A stretch of DNA of 64,000 bases from NCBI GenBank assembly GCA_045837725.1, contig JBEWZL010000292.1, positions 62,001-126,000 of the forward strand, in the 5' to 3' direction. This stretch comes from Vermamoeba vermiformis. Its lineage: Eukaryota. Positions 62,393 to 64,000 of the stretch are shown here, piece after piece (the stretch's first letter is position 1; each line of letters starts with the position of its first letter). The position numbers and the translations under genes were made by a program. The notes under the pieces were generated by a model. It searched no databases and was not told the DNA's origin. It saw only the letters and a program-made list of their open reading frames with translations.

Positions 62393-63121
62393 TGGGGATG
62401 GTTAAATTTTTCGCACGCGCCAAATTTTGTTCGTTTTTTTCGTTTCTTAACGTTAGCGCGTTCGGGAGGCACAACGCCCGCCAAACAAACGTATATTTTT
62501 ACGTATATCAACGTATACAAACGTATAAAAACGTATAAAAACGTATAAAACGTGACAAAACGTAAAAAAACGTAAGTCTTACGCGGATCTGAATCTGAAA
62601 ACAAAAAAAACAGATTCAGTTTAAGTGCTTAAATATCATCACTATACTTCTAAGTTTAAGTAGAAATTAGTAATTTGGTCAACCAATTTTTAAACCAAAT
62701 CCGACCGAATCCGCTTCAAAAAACTAGTTTACAATATCTTGCTGGGTGGGCAAAACATCTAATATATATGTGCCAGCCACTTTAAGCACTGACACCCCAG
62801 CAAAACAATTTTAAGCGAAGATCCGCTGGTTTTTCCTTCCGAGCTTTTTGAATTGTATCAAATAACCAATTTACTATTTTTTGCTATTCTTTTTGCTTCA
62901 ATTGATACTTCGAACAAGTAGCTTGAATTTGCGTAATGAAAACGTAAAATAACGCAAGAAAACGTGAAAAACGCATCGCAACGTAACGCAACGCCAGGTT
63001 TACGTGAGTATACGTTACTTTGGCGGGTTTTTGTTTTGGCGCCAAACTTGGGAGAAACGAAAACGTCGCGCAATGCCGTGCAACGTGAAATTCAGTCGTA
63101 CGAAAAATTTAACCATCCCCA
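62393..63121. mobile_element. Putative non-autonomous TIR DNA transposon (MITE-like), about 730 bp
   Basis: 25-bp terminal inverted repeats with 24/25 match (62393-62417 and 63097-63121), degenerate inverted subterminal blocks, AAAACGT repeat arrays and no credible ORF. No target-site duplication is visible. Confidence 0.65.
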
Positions 63122-63198
63122 CTTGGTAAAAAATTGGAGGGAATTTTAATTATAACTATTTACACTTTACTAACTAATGTTTCTGTACAATATTCCTA

Positions 63199-63968
63199 TT
63201 ATTGACTCTCCACGCGCTTTTTCAACGCTTCGTTGAAGTTATTGAATCCTTGAGTAGTTTTAGTAAAAATGGATCCGAGAAGTGGACAGGCGAGGCCACC
63301 GAACTTTTCTCCGTGTACTAAGCGAGTCTTATTGTTGTTACCATCAACCGGCTCGAATTTAAAGTAGTGCTCGCCGGTGAAAACAAAATTGAACCCGAAT
63401 ACTCCTCTCCATCTGAATTCATTCGCGTCGTTCTTCAACAACTACTTGAAATCAGTACTCATCGTCATATGTATATTAATAGTACATACCACAGGGCTAA
63501 ATGTCGACTCTTTCGTGTCACCAGGAGGCAACAGAGCTACTGAAAATTTAGATCCGGGCACGAAGCTATCTCCTTTGATCGTCTTTACAAACGAGCTCCA
63601 TTCGTTGTACTGTAAATCATTTGTGAATAATCAATAATAATAAGAATCAATAATAATTATTTTAATCAAAGTAAAGGCAGAAAGATTTTTTGAAACAATT
63701 CAATGTAATTTGCACGTTGGCGTGGCCTCAAAAATGCTTACTTTGCCAAAATCAGAGAAAACATCTTTCACTTTGCTTGGCGGAGCGTTTATTTCAATGC
63801 TAGTTTCGATTACGAGGGCCTGATCGAAAGAAATGTTAAGCAAACATTCGAACATTTAGCAAATTAGTTAGTATTGCATAATTCTTTCGACGTTGAAGAA
63901 AGTATATTGTATACACTTACAGGCTCGGTGCTCCAAAGGGATTTGACAGAGTTCCAAAAAGTAGCCAT
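63199..63968 (-). CDS. SRPBCC/START-like (polyketide cyclase 2) domain protein, multi-exon
   Basis: IETSIEINAPPSKV..VFSDF..YNEW, FRWRG..FTGEHYF and TRLVHGEKFGG..GFNNFNEALKKRVE. Confidence 0.85.
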
Positions 63969-64000
63969 GTCGGAAAGAAAGAGAAAGATAATAATTAATT

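Noticed and set aside
1-64000. Alternative genetic code or stop-codon readthrough to explain fragmented ORFs
   Set aside because: The breaks I examined resolve with short GT-AG or GC-AG introns. TAA, TAG and TGA all serve as true stops.

Overview
Gene-dense, intron-rich eukaryotic nuclear DNA using the standard genetic code. Introns are mostly about 50-60 nt, with GTAAGT/GTACGT/GTATGT donors and CTAAC/CTGAC/CTAAT branch sites. Gene content suggests a free-living phagotrophic protist, probably an amoebozoan; this is inferred from an SH3-less ABI, spatacsin, Rheb and a Crinkler-like gene. I can support about 28 genes. Most are housekeeping: HECT E3, ABI, P5A ATPase, BUD13, PDXK, CUL3, LysRS, pICln, RBMX2, CHMP2, RPS6, VPS8, SPG11, katanin p80, Rheb, DDX18, RABGGTA and two USPs. 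They are tightly packed in head-to-head and tail-to-tail pairs. The most unusual items are: (1) a deubiquitinase with MYND-USP-CS-SEC-C architecture ending in a SecA-type metal-binding motif; (2) a header-less Crinkler-type NTPase + restriction-endonuclease-fold + helix-hairpin-helix gene; (3) an island of bacterial-like beta-helix/PKD genes refitted with signal peptides and GPI-like tails, with a decayed paralog between them; (4) an LRR protein with a C-terminal F-box-like motif; (5) a ~730-bp non-coding element with terminal inverted repeats (MITE-like). Gene models were spliced by eye, so exon boundaries and family calls are unverified by database search. Feature coordinates are gene spans including introns.
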